A DNA stretch of 64,000 nt. Source: an uncultured Acidobacteriota bacterium. GTDB lineage: Bacteria > Acidobacteriota > JAQAZP01. The number at the start of each line of letters is the position of its first letter. Positions within the stretch are counted from its first letter, which is position 1. The notes below the pieces were generated by a model, which was not told the origin of the DNA, searched no databases, and was given only the letters and a program-made list of their open reading frames with translations. Both the position numbers and the translations under genes were made by a program. Location of the stretch: the NCBI GenBank assembly GCA_963836075.1, contig CAWIIB010000009.1, positions 2,272,001 to 2,336,000 on the forward strand, written 5' to 3'. Shown piece by piece: positions 36,846 through 46,485 of the stretch.

Positions 36846-39419
36846 ATGGCAGGAGACGAGGAGAAGATGGAAGAACAAGAGCGACTCACAGCAGCCCACA
36901 TCGGTTCCCCCGACCAAACCCCTGTGCCGGAACCCGTGGAGGAGCCGGTGATCGACAAACCGGTCTGGCCGGTCTCCGGCGGTGGAGTGTGGCGCTATCT
37001 GCTTCTCGGGCTGCTGGTGCTGCTCCTCCTCGGCTTCACGGTGAGCAAGGTGGTCAGTTTTGATGTCTGGTGGCACCTGGAAGCCGGGAAATATTTTCTC
37101 GGCGGCGGCCCGCTGTCCGGTGAAGATCCCTTCTCCTTCACCGCCCAGGGCGAGGGCCACCGCTGGATCGAGGGGCACTGGCTTTTCCAGATCATGCTGG
37201 CGCTGCTCTACAAGGTGGGGGGGATCAATCTGCTGATCCTGTTCAAGGCGGCGCTGATCTGTTCCGCGTTCTTCCTGGTCTACCGCTTCGCCGAAGGCCG
37301 GAGATCCCCGATCCTGGCCCCCTTTGTCTTCGGCCTGGCGGTATTGGCCGTGGCCGAGCGGTTCATTGTCCGCCCGGAGACCGCGTCCTACCTGTTCATC
37401 GCCGCGTTTATCCTGATTCTCGAGGCCTATCGCCGCAGACCGAGGCCGTCCCTGCTGGTCTGGCTGGTTCTGCTCCAGGTGGTCTGGGTCAATGTCCAGG
37501 GGCTCTTCGCCCTGGGACTGGTGCTGATCGGCTGTTATCTCGTCGGCGAGCTGATCCGCTGGCGGGTCAACCTGCCCTACCGCTGGGACGCCCGCAACCC
37601 GCTCAAGGACCGGGATTTTCTCATGCTGCTGGGAGCAGGGGCGGTCTGCCTGCTGGTCTGCCTGCTCAACCCCTCCGGCATTCACGGCGCTCTCTTTCCG
37701 TTGGAACAGTTCCAGATGATCCAGGGCGACGAGAATATCTTCCGCCAGACGATTCTCGAGTTTGACCGGCCCTTCTCCGACCGGTTCCCCGCGGGGAACC
37801 TGGCCACCAGGGCCCTGGTGGCCCTGCTGGCCGTCTCGCTGCTCTCCTTCCTGCTCACCTTCAAGCGCTGGGACCTGACCCGGGTTCTGCTCTTTGGGCT
37901 CTTCCTTTTCCTCGGGCTGTCCGCCCGCCGGAACATCGCCATATTCGCCCTGGTGGCCGCGCCGCTCACCGTGATCAACTTCCGCCAGTGGGCTTCGGGG
38001 CTGCCCGCGGGCTCGAAACTGCGCCTCTTTGGCCTGCGGATGCTGAACTGGCGCCCGGTGGCGGCCGGACTGGTGGCGCTGTTTCTCTGCTTCGGACTCT
38101 GGCTGGCGGTTTCGGACCAGTTCTTCATCAAGACGGTGGGCTCCACAAAGTTCGGTATGGGCATGAACAGCGATGCCTACCCGGTGGCCGCGGCCGACCT
38201 GATCGTCCAGCGGGACCTTCAGGGGCCGCTGTACAACGAGCTCAGCTTCGGCGGCTACCTGATCCACCGTCTGTACCCCCAGCGGAAGATCTTCATCGAC
38301 GGGCGGAACGAACTCTACGGCAAGGAGTTCTACACCCGCTATATCGAAACCCTGGTCAGCCCCGAGCAGTGGTACGACCTGGCCCGCGACTACGACCTGC
38401 AGCTGGCGCTGCTCAACGTCCGGTCGCCGATCAACGACCGGCTGATCCAGACGCTCTACATGGACCCGGAATGGGCGCTGATCCAGCACGACGGGACCTC
38501 GGCGCTCTTTGCCCGCAAGGGCGGGGCCAACGATGCCGTCATCGCCGCCCTGGACACCGATCTCTCCACTCTCGATGCTCCCCCGCCCGGGGCCATACCG
38601 CCGGTGGAGCCGCGGCGCAGTATCGGCGGCGGCCTCTATCCGGCAGCCGAGATCTTTCTCGGGCTCTTCTATCTCAAGCTGGGGGCCCCGGCTCTGGCCC
38701 GGCCGGTGCTGGAGCAGGCGGTGGAGCTGGGCAGCGACCTGGTGAGCACCAGGCTCTACCTCGGCGAGATCTACGCCCAGTCCGGAGAGATGGAGCTGGC
38801 CCTGGAGCAGTTCCAGACGATGATCAAGCTGGAACCCGGGATGGCGGTGGCCTACGAGCGGATGGCCAGTGTGCTGCACAACACCGGGCAGGTGGAGCAG
38901 GCGCTTCAGCAGTACAAGCGGGCACTGGAGCGGGGTTTGGACAACGATCTCCTGCGGACCAACATGGGCGACTGCTACCTGCAGATGAACCTCCCCGAGG
39001 AGGCGCTGGTGGAGTTCCAGCGGGCGGTGGAGATGAACCCCGGCAATCCCGACATGCGCTACAACGTCGCCTTCGCCCACCAGGTGCTCATCGAACCGGC
39101 GATGGCCGCCGGCAACGAACCGGAAGCCCAGCGGCGGCTGGACCTCTGTCTGGAGGAATACCTGCGGGTTCTGGAGATCGATCCCCAGCACTTCCGGACA
39201 CTGTTCAACCTCGGTCTGATCTATTCCGGCGGCGGGCAGCTGGCCGAGGCGCGACAGTGCTTCCTCTCCTTCCTCGCCATCCCCGGGGTGGACGAGAGCT
39301 ACCGGGCCCAGGCTCAGCAGTATCTGGACCAGGTGGAGAGCCAGCTGGGACAAAGCCCCATGGACGGACCGCTGGCCGGTGCGCCGGTGGCTGGTCCACT
39401 GGCCGGGGGTGTGCAGTAG
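36846..39419 (+). CDS. Polytopic GT-C-like membrane protein with C-terminal TPR repeats (start may be 36867)
   Basis: 'DVWWHLEAG...DPFSFT...W..HWLFQ', 'RPE', 'WVNVQG', 'GGYLI...FIDGR..LY', then about 5-6 TPR units. Confidence 0.8.
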   Translation: MAGDEEKMEEQERLTAAHIGSPDQTPVPEPVEEPVIDKPVWPVSGGGVWRYLLLGLLVLLLLGFTVSKVVSFDVWWHLEAGKYFLGGGPLSGEDPFSFTAQGEGHRWIEGHWLFQIMLALLYKVGGINLLILFKAALICSAFFLVYRFAEGRRSPILAPFVFGLAVLAVAERFIVRPETASYLFIAAFILILEAYRRRPRPSLLVWLVLLQVVWVNVQGLFALGLVLIGCYLVGELIRWRVNLPYRWDARNPLKDRDFLMLLGAGAVCLLVCLLNPSGIHGALFPLEQFQMIQGDENIFRQTILEFDRPFSDRFPAGNLATRALVALLAVSLLSFLLTFKRWDLTRVLLFGLFLFLGLSARRNIAIFALVAAPLTVINFRQWASGLPAGSKLRLFGLRMLNWRPVAAGLVALFLCFGLWLAVSDQFFIKTVGSTKFGMGMNSDAYPVAAADLIVQRDLQGPLYNELSFGGYLIHRLYPQRKIFIDGRNELYGKEFYTRYIETLVSPEQWYDLARDYDLQLALLNVRSPINDRLIQTLYMDPEWALIQHDGTSALFARKGGANDAVIAALDTDLSTLDAPPPGAIPPVEPRRSIGGGLYPAAEIFLGLFYLKLGAPALARPVLEQAVELGSDLVSTRLYLGEIYAQSGEMELALEQFQTMIKLEPGMAVAYERMASVLHNTGQVEQALQQYKRALERGLDNDLLRTNMGDCYLQMNLPEEALVEFQRAVEMNPGNPDMRYNVAFAHQVLIEPAMAAGNEPEAQRRLDLCLEEYLRVLEIDPQHFRTLFNLGLIYSGGGQLAEARQCFLSFLAIPGVDESYRAQAQQYLDQVESQLGQSPMDGPLAGAPVAGPLAGGVQ

Positions 39420-39466
39420 TCACGGCGGTCAGGCAGCTACACCCTGGGGAGGGGCAGTGTGGATCT

Positions 39467-40249
39467 TTAGAAGGGATAGATATTGTCCACGTTGGTCAGA
39501 TCCTTGTAGTAGATCCAGAAATCGGTAGTCAGCACCAGAGCCAGGGTCTTGTACAGATACTGCTGCAGCCAGATCCGGATCTTCGAGATGTTCTTCATCG
39601 GCACCACCACCAGGTCACCCGGCTGGAGGTAATACACTCCCACCCCGCTGATCAGTGCTTCCTTGTCGGTGAGATCCAGTTCAAGAAACTCGGTTTCGGT
39701 GGGGTTCTTCTTGCGCATGAGCACCACCCGGCTCAACGTTCCATTGGCTGTGATGCCGCCGGCCCGGACCACGGCCTGCCGCACGGTGACCGGCTGACGC
39801 AGTGAGATGACCCCCCCCCGGGCCACCTCACCGCCCACAAAGGCCCGGGCGGCCACCGAGTGGCGGAGGATCACGTTGATTCTCGGTTGGCGGAAGACCA
39901 CCGAGTATTTCTCCCGCAGCACCAACGACAGTTCGTCCAGCCGCAGGCCCGCCGCCCGTACGTCGTCAACCAGGGGAAGGGAGATCATTCCGTCGGTGCG
40001 CACGGTGACCATCGCCCGGTGGACATCGGTGCGAATGGCATAGACCACTTCCAGGAAGTCACCGGAGCAGATACGGTAGGGCTGGGGCATCACCAACCGC
40101 ACGTCATCCGGTGCGGCAAGATCCTGGGCCATGGCCGGCACGGGGGCAAAAAGGACGAGCAGCAGGATGAGCAGACCGAACCTGACTCGGAACAGTCCGC
40201 GAGGTTTGGAACCGGCTGGCCGTGTGACGCCGGGCCGAAATCTGTCCAC
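39467..40249 (-). CDS. Polysaccharide biosynthesis/export (Wza/OPX-like) protein
   Basis: 'YRICSGD', 'VRTDGMISLPLVDDVRAAG' Poly_export motif, SLBB 'VGGEV...AGG', 'LQPGDLVVVP'. Confidence 0.85.
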   Translation of the reverse strand: MDRFRPGVTRPAGSKPRGLFRVRFGLLILLLVLFAPVPAMAQDLAAPDDVRLVMPQPYRICSGDFLEVVYAIRTDVHRAMVTVRTDGMISLPLVDDVRAAGLRLDELSLVLREKYSVVFRQPRINVILRHSVAARAFVGGEVARGGVISLRQPVTVRQAVVRAGGITANGTLSRVVLMRKKNPTETEFLELDLTDKEALISGVGVYYLQPGDLVVVPMKNISKIRIWLQQYLYKTLALVLTTDFWIYYKDLTNVDNIYPF

Positions 40250-40455
40250 CGTGCATTCTCCTGGGTCGACGACGAAACGACAGCTGTCACATTCCCATCG
40301 TCATATTCTAGCAGACTGTTGAGCGTGACGAAACAGATCTTTCCCCGAAGACTGGAGATGGTAATATGTGCCATCCGGGTACCCGCTCCCCGCTGCGTTG
40401 GGGGGGATTGATTATTTCTGCCGCTGAACCGTGAACGCCAGAGGAGGAATGAACA

Positions 40456-41397
40456 ATGGGCAAGCTGGCCTTTCTCTTTCCGGGCCAGGGATCGCAATAC
40501 GTGGGCATGGGCCAGGAACTGTATGACCGGTATGACTATGCCCGGGACATCTTCCAGCGGACCGACGAACTGTCCGGCCGCCCGGTGTCCGGCATCTGTT
40601 TTGAAGGGCCGGAGGAGCAGCTGACCCTTACCGTGAACCAGCAACCGGCGGTCACTGCGGTCAACCTCTGCTGCCTCGAGTTCCTGCGGCGCGAAGGTAT
40701 TGAACCTGACTTTGCCTGCGGGCACAGCCTGGGCGAGTTTTCCGCGCTGCACAGCGCCGGTGTTCTGGGGCGGGATGACACCATCAGCCTGGTGGCCCTG
40801 CGGGCCCGCCTGATGCACCGCGAGGCCGAAGCCAACCCCGGGGCGATGAGCGCGGTGATCGGTCTCCATGTCCCCACGGTGGCCGAGATTCTCGAGGGAC
40901 TGCCCGGCGCGGGACGGGTCGGCATCGCCAACCACAACTCGGCCGAGCAGATCGTCATCTCCGGTGACGCGCCGGCAGTGGCCGCGGCCGGCGAGGCCTG
41001 TGCCGCCCGGGAGGCCAAGGTGGTGCCCCTGCCGGTGAGCGGTGCCTGGCACAGCGAACTGATGCGCGGGGCCGTGGACGATTTCGCCGGGGCGGTGAAC
41101 GGCGCCGAGGTGCAGGCGCCGGCCTGCACGGTGGTCTTCAACGTCACCGCCGGCCCGGAGTCCGATCCGGCCGCCATCCGCGAATTGATGGTGCGGCAGC
41201 TGGTGAGCCCGGTTCGCTGGTTCGACACCATGCACCACCTGATCGGGCAGGGGGTGGACACCTTTGTGGAGGTGGGCCCGAAGAGCGTGCTCAAGGGGCT
41301 GCTGCGGCGGATCCATCCCGATCGCAAGGCAGCCACCATGGCCAACGTGGAGAGCGTGAAGAGCCTCTCCGCCTTTGTGGAGCAATGGAAATCCTGA
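40456..41397 (+). CDS. fabD: Malonyl-CoA:ACP transacylase
   Basis: 'FPGQGSQ', 'GHSLGE', 'VSGAWHS', 'SPVRW', 'EVGP'; GAGGAGG RBS. Confidence 0.95.
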   Translation: MGKLAFLFPGQGSQYVGMGQELYDRYDYARDIFQRTDELSGRPVSGICFEGPEEQLTLTVNQQPAVTAVNLCCLEFLRREGIEPDFACGHSLGEFSALHSAGVLGRDDTISLVALRARLMHREAEANPGAMSAVIGLHVPTVAEILEGLPGAGRVGIANHNSAEQIVISGDAPAVAAAGEACAAREAKVVPLPVSGAWHSELMRGAVDDFAGAVNGAEVQAPACTVVFNVTAGPESDPAAIRELMVRQLVSPVRWFDTMHHLIGQGVDTFVEVGPKSVLKGLLRRIHPDRKAATMANVESVKSLSAFVEQWKS

Positions 41398-43016
41398 AGC
41401 GTGATCAGCGAAGCGGCGGCCTGGCGGTCCGGCGCCGGTGGGGGGTGGCGTTGCTGCTGCTGGCCTGTGCCGGGCTTGCTGTTGCCGGGGACGGGCTGCC
41501 CCACTGGCTCACCGTGATCACCGCCGACCAGTTGAAGGGCGACGTGGGCTTCCTCGCCTCGGAGGAACTGGCCGGCCGGGCGGTGCTCACGCCGGGATCG
41601 AAAACCGCGGCCGCCTTCATCGCCTCCCGGTTTCAGGCCCTGGGCCTCAAGCCGGCCGGGGAAGGGGACCGCGACTGGTACCAACAGGTGCCGCTGGTCC
41701 GGGCCCGGGTCCGTTCCGGGCTCTGCCGGGTGGTGCGGGAAGACGATGATCTGCCGTCTCTGGACCTGGTCTGGGGCACTGATTTCCGCTGCCGGCCCGG
41801 CAGGTTGTCGGGGTTCGACATTTCAGCCGGCGCGGTTTTCGGCGGCTACGGCATCCATGCGCCGGGTCTCGGTCACGATGATTTTGCCGGCCTCGAGGTG
41901 CAGGGCCGGGTGCTCATCGTGCTGGCCGGCGGGCCGGAGGCCGGCAGCGATGCGCAGGCCGGACGCGGGCTCCTCTCCCGCCGCTACGCTTCGGTGACCG
42001 CCAAGCGCGAAGCGGCCCTGTCCCGGGGGGCGTCAGCGCTCATCATTCTTCCCCTTCCCGGCTCCGGGGAGGAGGAGGTCCGTCTGCGTCCCGATTTCTG
42101 GCCCGACCATCTGGCTCGCGCCGGGGAGGAGGAGGGCGAGGACAGCGGTATTGCCTGTCCGTCGATTCTTCTCCGGGAGGACGCCGCCGCCAGGCTGGTC
42201 ACCCTGGCCGGGATCCAGCTGGTTCCCGGGGGCGGCCCGCCCCGTCCATTGCCCGGGGTTCGCATCTCCTGCTCCCTGAAGATGGAGCCTCCCCAAGCGG
42301 TCTCCACTCAAAACGTGCTGGGCCTGATCCCGGGAAGCGACGAACTGCATTTTCGCGAGTTTGTTGTCGTCTCGGCCCACTATGACCACCTCGGTGTCCG
42401 GGGAGGGGATCTGCTCTTTCCCGGGGCCGACGACAACGCTTCGGGGGTGGCGGCGATGATCGCAGCGGCCCGGGCCCTGGCCGCCCTGCCGCTGCATCTC
42501 CGGCCGGCACGGAGTGTTCTCTTTGCCGCCTGGGCCGGCGAGGAGCGGGGGTTTCTCGGTTCGGAGCATTTTGTCAGCCACCCCACGGTGCCGCGAGGTC
42601 AGATCAAGGCCCTGGTCAACCTCGACATGGTGGGCCGGAACAATGGCGGTGAGGACGCTCACCACAATACAGCCCTGGCCATCTATTCCGCCCAGGCCCC
42701 GCTCCTCGAGGCGTTGCTGGACGAAGCGGCGGAAGCCGCCGGTCTCGACCTGCGGCTCCGGCCCCGCCTGCAGTTCGGCCCCACCAGCGACCACAGGGTT
42801 TTCCACCGGCAGGGCATCCCCTCGCTCCACCTCTTTACCGGAGTCCACGGGGACTACAACCGGCCGGACGACACGGCGGACAGGATCAACTACACCAAAC
42901 TGGTCCGGGTGGCCCAGGTGGCCGCCGGCCTGGCCTTCCAGCTGGCTGACGAACCGGACCCGCCGCTCTTTGACGAGACCATCACCGAGATCAAGGGCCG
43001 CAACGATCCGTTTTAG
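41385..43016 (+). CDS. M28-family aminopeptidase with PA domain
   Basis: Signal peptide; 'SAHYDHLG', 'GADDNASG', 'GEERG', 'NLDMVG', 'SDH'. Confidence 0.88.
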   Translation: MEILKRDQRSGGLAVRRRWGVALLLLACAGLAVAGDGLPHWLTVITADQLKGDVGFLASEELAGRAVLTPGSKTAAAFIASRFQALGLKPAGEGDRDWYQQVPLVRARVRSGLCRVVREDDDLPSLDLVWGTDFRCRPGRLSGFDISAGAVFGGYGIHAPGLGHDDFAGLEVQGRVLIVLAGGPEAGSDAQAGRGLLSRRYASVTAKREAALSRGASALIILPLPGSGEEEVRLRPDFWPDHLARAGEEEGEDSGIACPSILLREDAAARLVTLAGIQLVPGGGPPRPLPGVRISCSLKMEPPQAVSTQNVLGLIPGSDELHFREFVVVSAHYDHLGVRGGDLLFPGADDNASGVAAMIAAARALAALPLHLRPARSVLFAAWAGEERGFLGSEHFVSHPTVPRGQIKALVNLDMVGRNNGGEDAHHNTALAIYSAQAPLLEALLDEAAEAAGLDLRLRPRLQFGPTSDHRVFHRQGIPSLHLFTGVHGDYNRPDDTADRINYTKLVRVAQVAAGLAFQLADEPDPPLFDETITEIKGRNDPF

Positions 43017-43504
43017 CTGTGCAGCACCAGCTCCCAGAAACGGGCATCGGGCAGGGGATTGTGGCGGTAGGGGGGGATGGGGCGGAAACCCAGCTTGCGG
43101 TAGAGCGCGTTGGCCGCGGTCATCCGGGCGGTGGTGTCCAGACGCATCCGGCCGTAGCCGGCCTCCCGGGCGGCGGCGATCACTGCCACGGCCAGCTGCC
43201 GCCCCACGCCCATCCCTCGGAACGTCCGCACCACGAAAAGGCGTTTCATCTCACAGATCCCGGGGGCGAAGGGCCGCAGGGCCACGCAGCCCGCGGCGTT
43301 GCTGTCCCGTCGAGCCAGCAGCAGCCGGCCCTGGGGCGGGGCGTATTCACCGGGCAGGCCGGCCACCTCGTCATCGAACCCTTGGAAATCGAGGTCGAAC
43401 TCCAGCGAGTCGGCATAGTCCCGGAAGAGCCGGGCGGCTTCGGTCAGACCAGGGCCCTGGTGGGCTTCGAGGATCTCCGTGCTGGTTGGTTTTGTGTTGT
43501 CCAT
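43013..43504 (-). CDS. GNAT-family acetyltransferase
   Basis: 'CEMKRLFV...RGMGVG', 'LDT', 'ALYRKLGF'. Confidence 0.9.
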   Translation of the reverse strand: MDNTKPTSTEILEAHQGPGLTEAARLFRDYADSLEFDLDFQGFDDEVAGLPGEYAPPQGRLLLARRDSNAAGCVALRPFAPGICEMKRLFVVRTFRGMGVGRQLAVAVIAAAREAGYGRMRLDTTARMTAANALYRKLGFRPIPPYRHNPLPDARFWELVLHS

Positions 43505-43833
43505 TCTCAACAGTGATGGGAATAACATGGCCACTTGATCAATATCATCGCAATTGTATGACATACAAATACATTTAACCATATTGAATCCCGCCGAAAA
43601 ATGGCTAAGCCCCGCCGGAATATATATGACAAGTGGAATATTTCTGCTGATTTCTAATCACTTCGGTTCGAGTCCGGCCCGACTCCACGGACCAATGGCT
43701 CAGAGCGTACATGTCAGAGATGAAGTGAAAATCCAAATGACCAGAGGTCGTTGGTATCAAACTCGGATTGAGTGCTTCCTGCAATAACCTCATAACTTTT
43801 CATTTGAACACCTGATCCCTTGAGGGAATGTAA

Positions 43834-43863
43834 TTGACAGAAGGATAAAATCCAGCGTATCGT
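43834..43863 (+). promoter_or_regulatory. Putative sigma70 promoter for the FG-GAP gene
   Basis: TTGACA(43834-43839)-N18-TATCGT(43858-43863). Confidence 0.5.
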
Positions 43864-43932
43864 GTTCGCAAATGAGAGCGCCACTTAGAGTAAAGGTGGG
43901 ACTCCGACAGCACGCAGAGCAGTAGATCATAA

Positions 43933-46485
43933 ATGAAACACCCAAAACATAGAGTTCAGGTCGGCATATCTGCGATTTCCGTGATCGTCACCTTGTTGGC
44001 TTTACCGGCGATTGCGGAGACCCGCTTATTTGAAGCGAGAGTTGACTACCAAGCTGATCGTGGGCCCTGGTCCGTAGCTATCGGGGACATGGATGGTGAT
44101 CAGACACTTGATCTGGCCGTGGCGAACGCTCTGGACAACGATATCTCGGTGCTACTGGGTGACGGGGACGGCACCTTTCAAGATGCAGTGAATTACGAAT
44201 CCGGTGAGCGACCTTCTGCGGTCGACATCGGTGACCTGAATGGAGACGGGAATCTCGACTTAGTCACGGCGAATTACCTGGGCGACGATGTCTCGGTTCA
44301 TCTGGGTAATGGGGACGGCACGTTTCAGAATGCGGTGAACTACGGGGTCGGCATCTATCCCAATTCGGTTGTCGTCGCGGATCTGGACGGCGATGACAAT
44401 CTCGATCTGGCCGTAGCAAACCGGGGATTCTATTACTATGCGGAAGGTAATGTGTCCATACTGCTGGGCAACGGGGACGGCACATTCCAGACCGCAGTGA
44501 ACCACTATGCCGGTGTAGAACCTTATTCGGTTGCTGCCGGAGACCTGAATAACGATGGCAATCCTGACCTGGCCGTGACGAACACCGGGTATGAGTATTA
44601 TGGAGGGGGCGTGTCGGTGCTTCTCGGAAACGGGGACGGCACATTCCAGGACGCGGCAGGCTATTCAACTGGTGACTTGTTTTGTTCAATCGCCATTGGC
44701 GAACTCGACGACGATGGAGCTCTGGACCTGGTCGTGGCCAGTTATCGAAGTCCCCCCAGCGTTTCGGTGCTCTCGGGCAACGGGGACGGCACCTTCCAGA
44801 ACGCTGTGAGTTACACGACCAGCTCCGGGCCTACTTCAGTCGCTCTCGGAGACATGAACGGGGACGAGGCGCTCGATCTGGCCGTGGCCTGTTACTGGGG
44901 ATACGATCTTGCTGTTCATCTGGGTAAGGGGGACGGTACCTTCGCACCGCCTGTTTACTACGATGCCGGCTGGCATCCTCAATCAGTTTCCCTCGGTGAC
45001 CTGGACGGCGAGGGGAATCTCGACCTGGTTGTGGCAAACTATTGGAGCGACTACGTATCGGTGTTTCTTGGCAACGGGGACGGCACATTTCCAGCCGCGG
45101 AAAACTACGCTGCCGGCTATGAACCCTGGTCGATAACCACCGGGGACCTGAACGGTGATGGGAATCTCGACCTGACCACGGCAAACAGGGGAAGCGATGA
45201 TGTTTCGGTGCTGCTGGGCAATGGGGATGGTTTATTCCAGGATGCAGTGAACTATGGTGTCGGCGTCAGGCCCTGGTCGGTCGTGGTTGGGGATCTGGAC
45301 AGCGATGATGATCTCGACCTGGCCGTGGCGAACAATAATACCAGTGATGTCTCGGTGCTTCTGGGCAACGGTGACGGCACTTTCCAGGCGGTTGTGAACT
45401 ATTCGGTCGGAGATATACCCAGATCGATCGCCAGCGGGGACCTGGACGGCGACGGTGACCTCGATCTTGTGGTGGCGAATACATACAGCGACCACGTTTC
45501 TGTGTTGCTGGGTATCGGTGACGGCACCTTTCAGGGTGCGGTCAACTACGGGGTTGGAATCGAGCCCGAGTCAGTCGCCCTCGGCGATCTGGACGGCGAT
45601 GGAGATCTCGACCTGGCCACGGCAAACATGGAGAGTGACGATGTCTCGGTGCTGCTAGGCAACGGTGATGGCACGTTTCAGAATTCGGTGACCTACGCTG
45701 TCGGGCAATGGCCCAAATCTGTCGCCATCGGGGACCTGGACGGTGACGACAATCTCGATCTGGTGGTAGCGATTCGTGGTGACAGCGAAGTCTCAGTGCT
45801 GCTGGGCAACGGTGACGGCACTTTCCAGGCCGCGGTGAACTACGAAACCGGCCGCTGGCCTGAATCCGTTACGATCGGGGACCTTGATGGTGATGGAAAT
45901 CCAGACCTGGCCGTGGCCAATGGGGGCAGCAGCAATATCTCGGTGCTGCTGGGCAATGGGGACGGCAGCTTCCAGTACGCTGTGAACTTCGGAAGCGGTC
46001 ACGGTACTGAATCGGTCGTCACAGGGGACCTGGACGGTGACTATGATCTCGACCTGGCAGTGGCGAACTCAGCGCAATCTAACGTCTCGGTGCTGATCAA
46101 CCGATCCCCGGCCAAAACCGTGTCTTCGCATTTAGCCTGCATGCCTTCCTCCGGGACGGTACCTTTCCACACCACCATGGCGGTGCAGCTGATCAACCTC
46201 GAGCCGCAGCGTCCGGCCACCCGGATCGCCGGGCGGATCAACGTGCAACTGGCCAACGGCAGCAGCTTTGGCGGCTGGAAGCAGGGGACGGTTAATGTAG
46301 CCCAGACCGAGATGTTCACCGTGGGCTGGAGTCAGCTCATTCCGGCGAGTGGGACCGTAATCGGTTCAAACCTCTTCACCCTGGTTGCCGAAGATGTCAC
46401 TCCGACACCTTACAATCAACCGCCCTACAGCCCTGCCGGCGACACGGACATTGAAATCTGTAAGGTGGTGGGTATTGCACCCTGA
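43933..46485 (+). CDS. Secreted FG-GAP/VCBS repeat protein (14 repeats) with shared C-terminal domain
   Basis: Signal peptide ending 'AIA'; 14 units of 'GDLDGDGxLDLAVAN...VSVLLGNGDGTF'; C-terminal domain shared with the 8218 and 31637 genes. Confidence 0.9.
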   Translation: MKHPKHRVQVGISAISVIVTLLALPAIAETRLFEARVDYQADRGPWSVAIGDMDGDQTLDLAVANALDNDISVLLGDGDGTFQDAVNYESGERPSAVDIGDLNGDGNLDLVTANYLGDDVSVHLGNGDGTFQNAVNYGVGIYPNSVVVADLDGDDNLDLAVANRGFYYYAEGNVSILLGNGDGTFQTAVNHYAGVEPYSVAAGDLNNDGNPDLAVTNTGYEYYGGGVSVLLGNGDGTFQDAAGYSTGDLFCSIAIGELDDDGALDLVVASYRSPPSVSVLSGNGDGTFQNAVSYTTSSGPTSVALGDMNGDEALDLAVACYWGYDLAVHLGKGDGTFAPPVYYDAGWHPQSVSLGDLDGEGNLDLVVANYWSDYVSVFLGNGDGTFPAAENYAAGYEPWSITTGDLNGDGNLDLTTANRGSDDVSVLLGNGDGLFQDAVNYGVGVRPWSVVVGDLDSDDDLDLAVANNNTSDVSVLLGNGDGTFQAVVNYSVGDIPRSIASGDLDGDGDLDLVVANTYSDHVSVLLGIGDGTFQGAVNYGVGIEPESVALGDLDGDGDLDLATANMESDDVSVLLGNGDGTFQNSVTYAVGQWPKSVAIGDLDGDDNLDLVVAIRGDSEVSVLLGNGDGTFQAAVNYETGRWPESVTIGDLDGDGNPDLAVANGGSSNISVLLGNGDGSFQYAVNFGSGHGTESVVTGDLDGDYDLDLAVANSAQSNVSVLINRSPAKTVSSHLACMPSSGTVPFHTTMAVQLINLEPQRPATRIAGRINVQLANGSSFGGWKQGTVNVAQTEMFTVGWSQLIPASGTVIGSNLFTLVAEDVTPTPYNQPPYSPAGDTDIEICKVVGIAP
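44065..46100 (+). repeat. 14 tandem ~49-55 aa FG-GAP repeats (likely two 7-bladed propellers)
   Basis: I counted 14 GDxxGD-type Ca-binding cores; recurring DNA 'ggcaacggggacggcac'. Confidence 0.9.
46117..46485 (+). other. Shared C-terminal domain, copy 3
   Basis: TVSSHLACMPSSGTVPF...IAGRINVQLANG...WKQG...IPASGTVIGSNLFTL..EDVTPTPYNQPPYSPAGDTDIEICKVVGIAP*. Confidence 0.85.

Noticed and set aside
36786-39353. 855-aa antisense ORF (and similar long shadow ORFs such as 13307-15349, 15476-17209, 55-1380, 52845-54329)
   Set aside because: They lie opposite well-supported genes and have no recognisable motifs; they are expected from high GC3 codon bias.
39811-39819. G9 tract inside the Wza-like gene as a phase-variation switch
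   Set aside because: In frame (Arg-Gly-Gly-Val) and unremarkable in a GC-rich genome without read evidence.
44065-46100. Regular DNA repeats as a possible CRISPR array
   Set aside because: The repeats are degenerate at third codon positions with a ~147-165 bp period and encode FG-GAP units; no cas genes are present.
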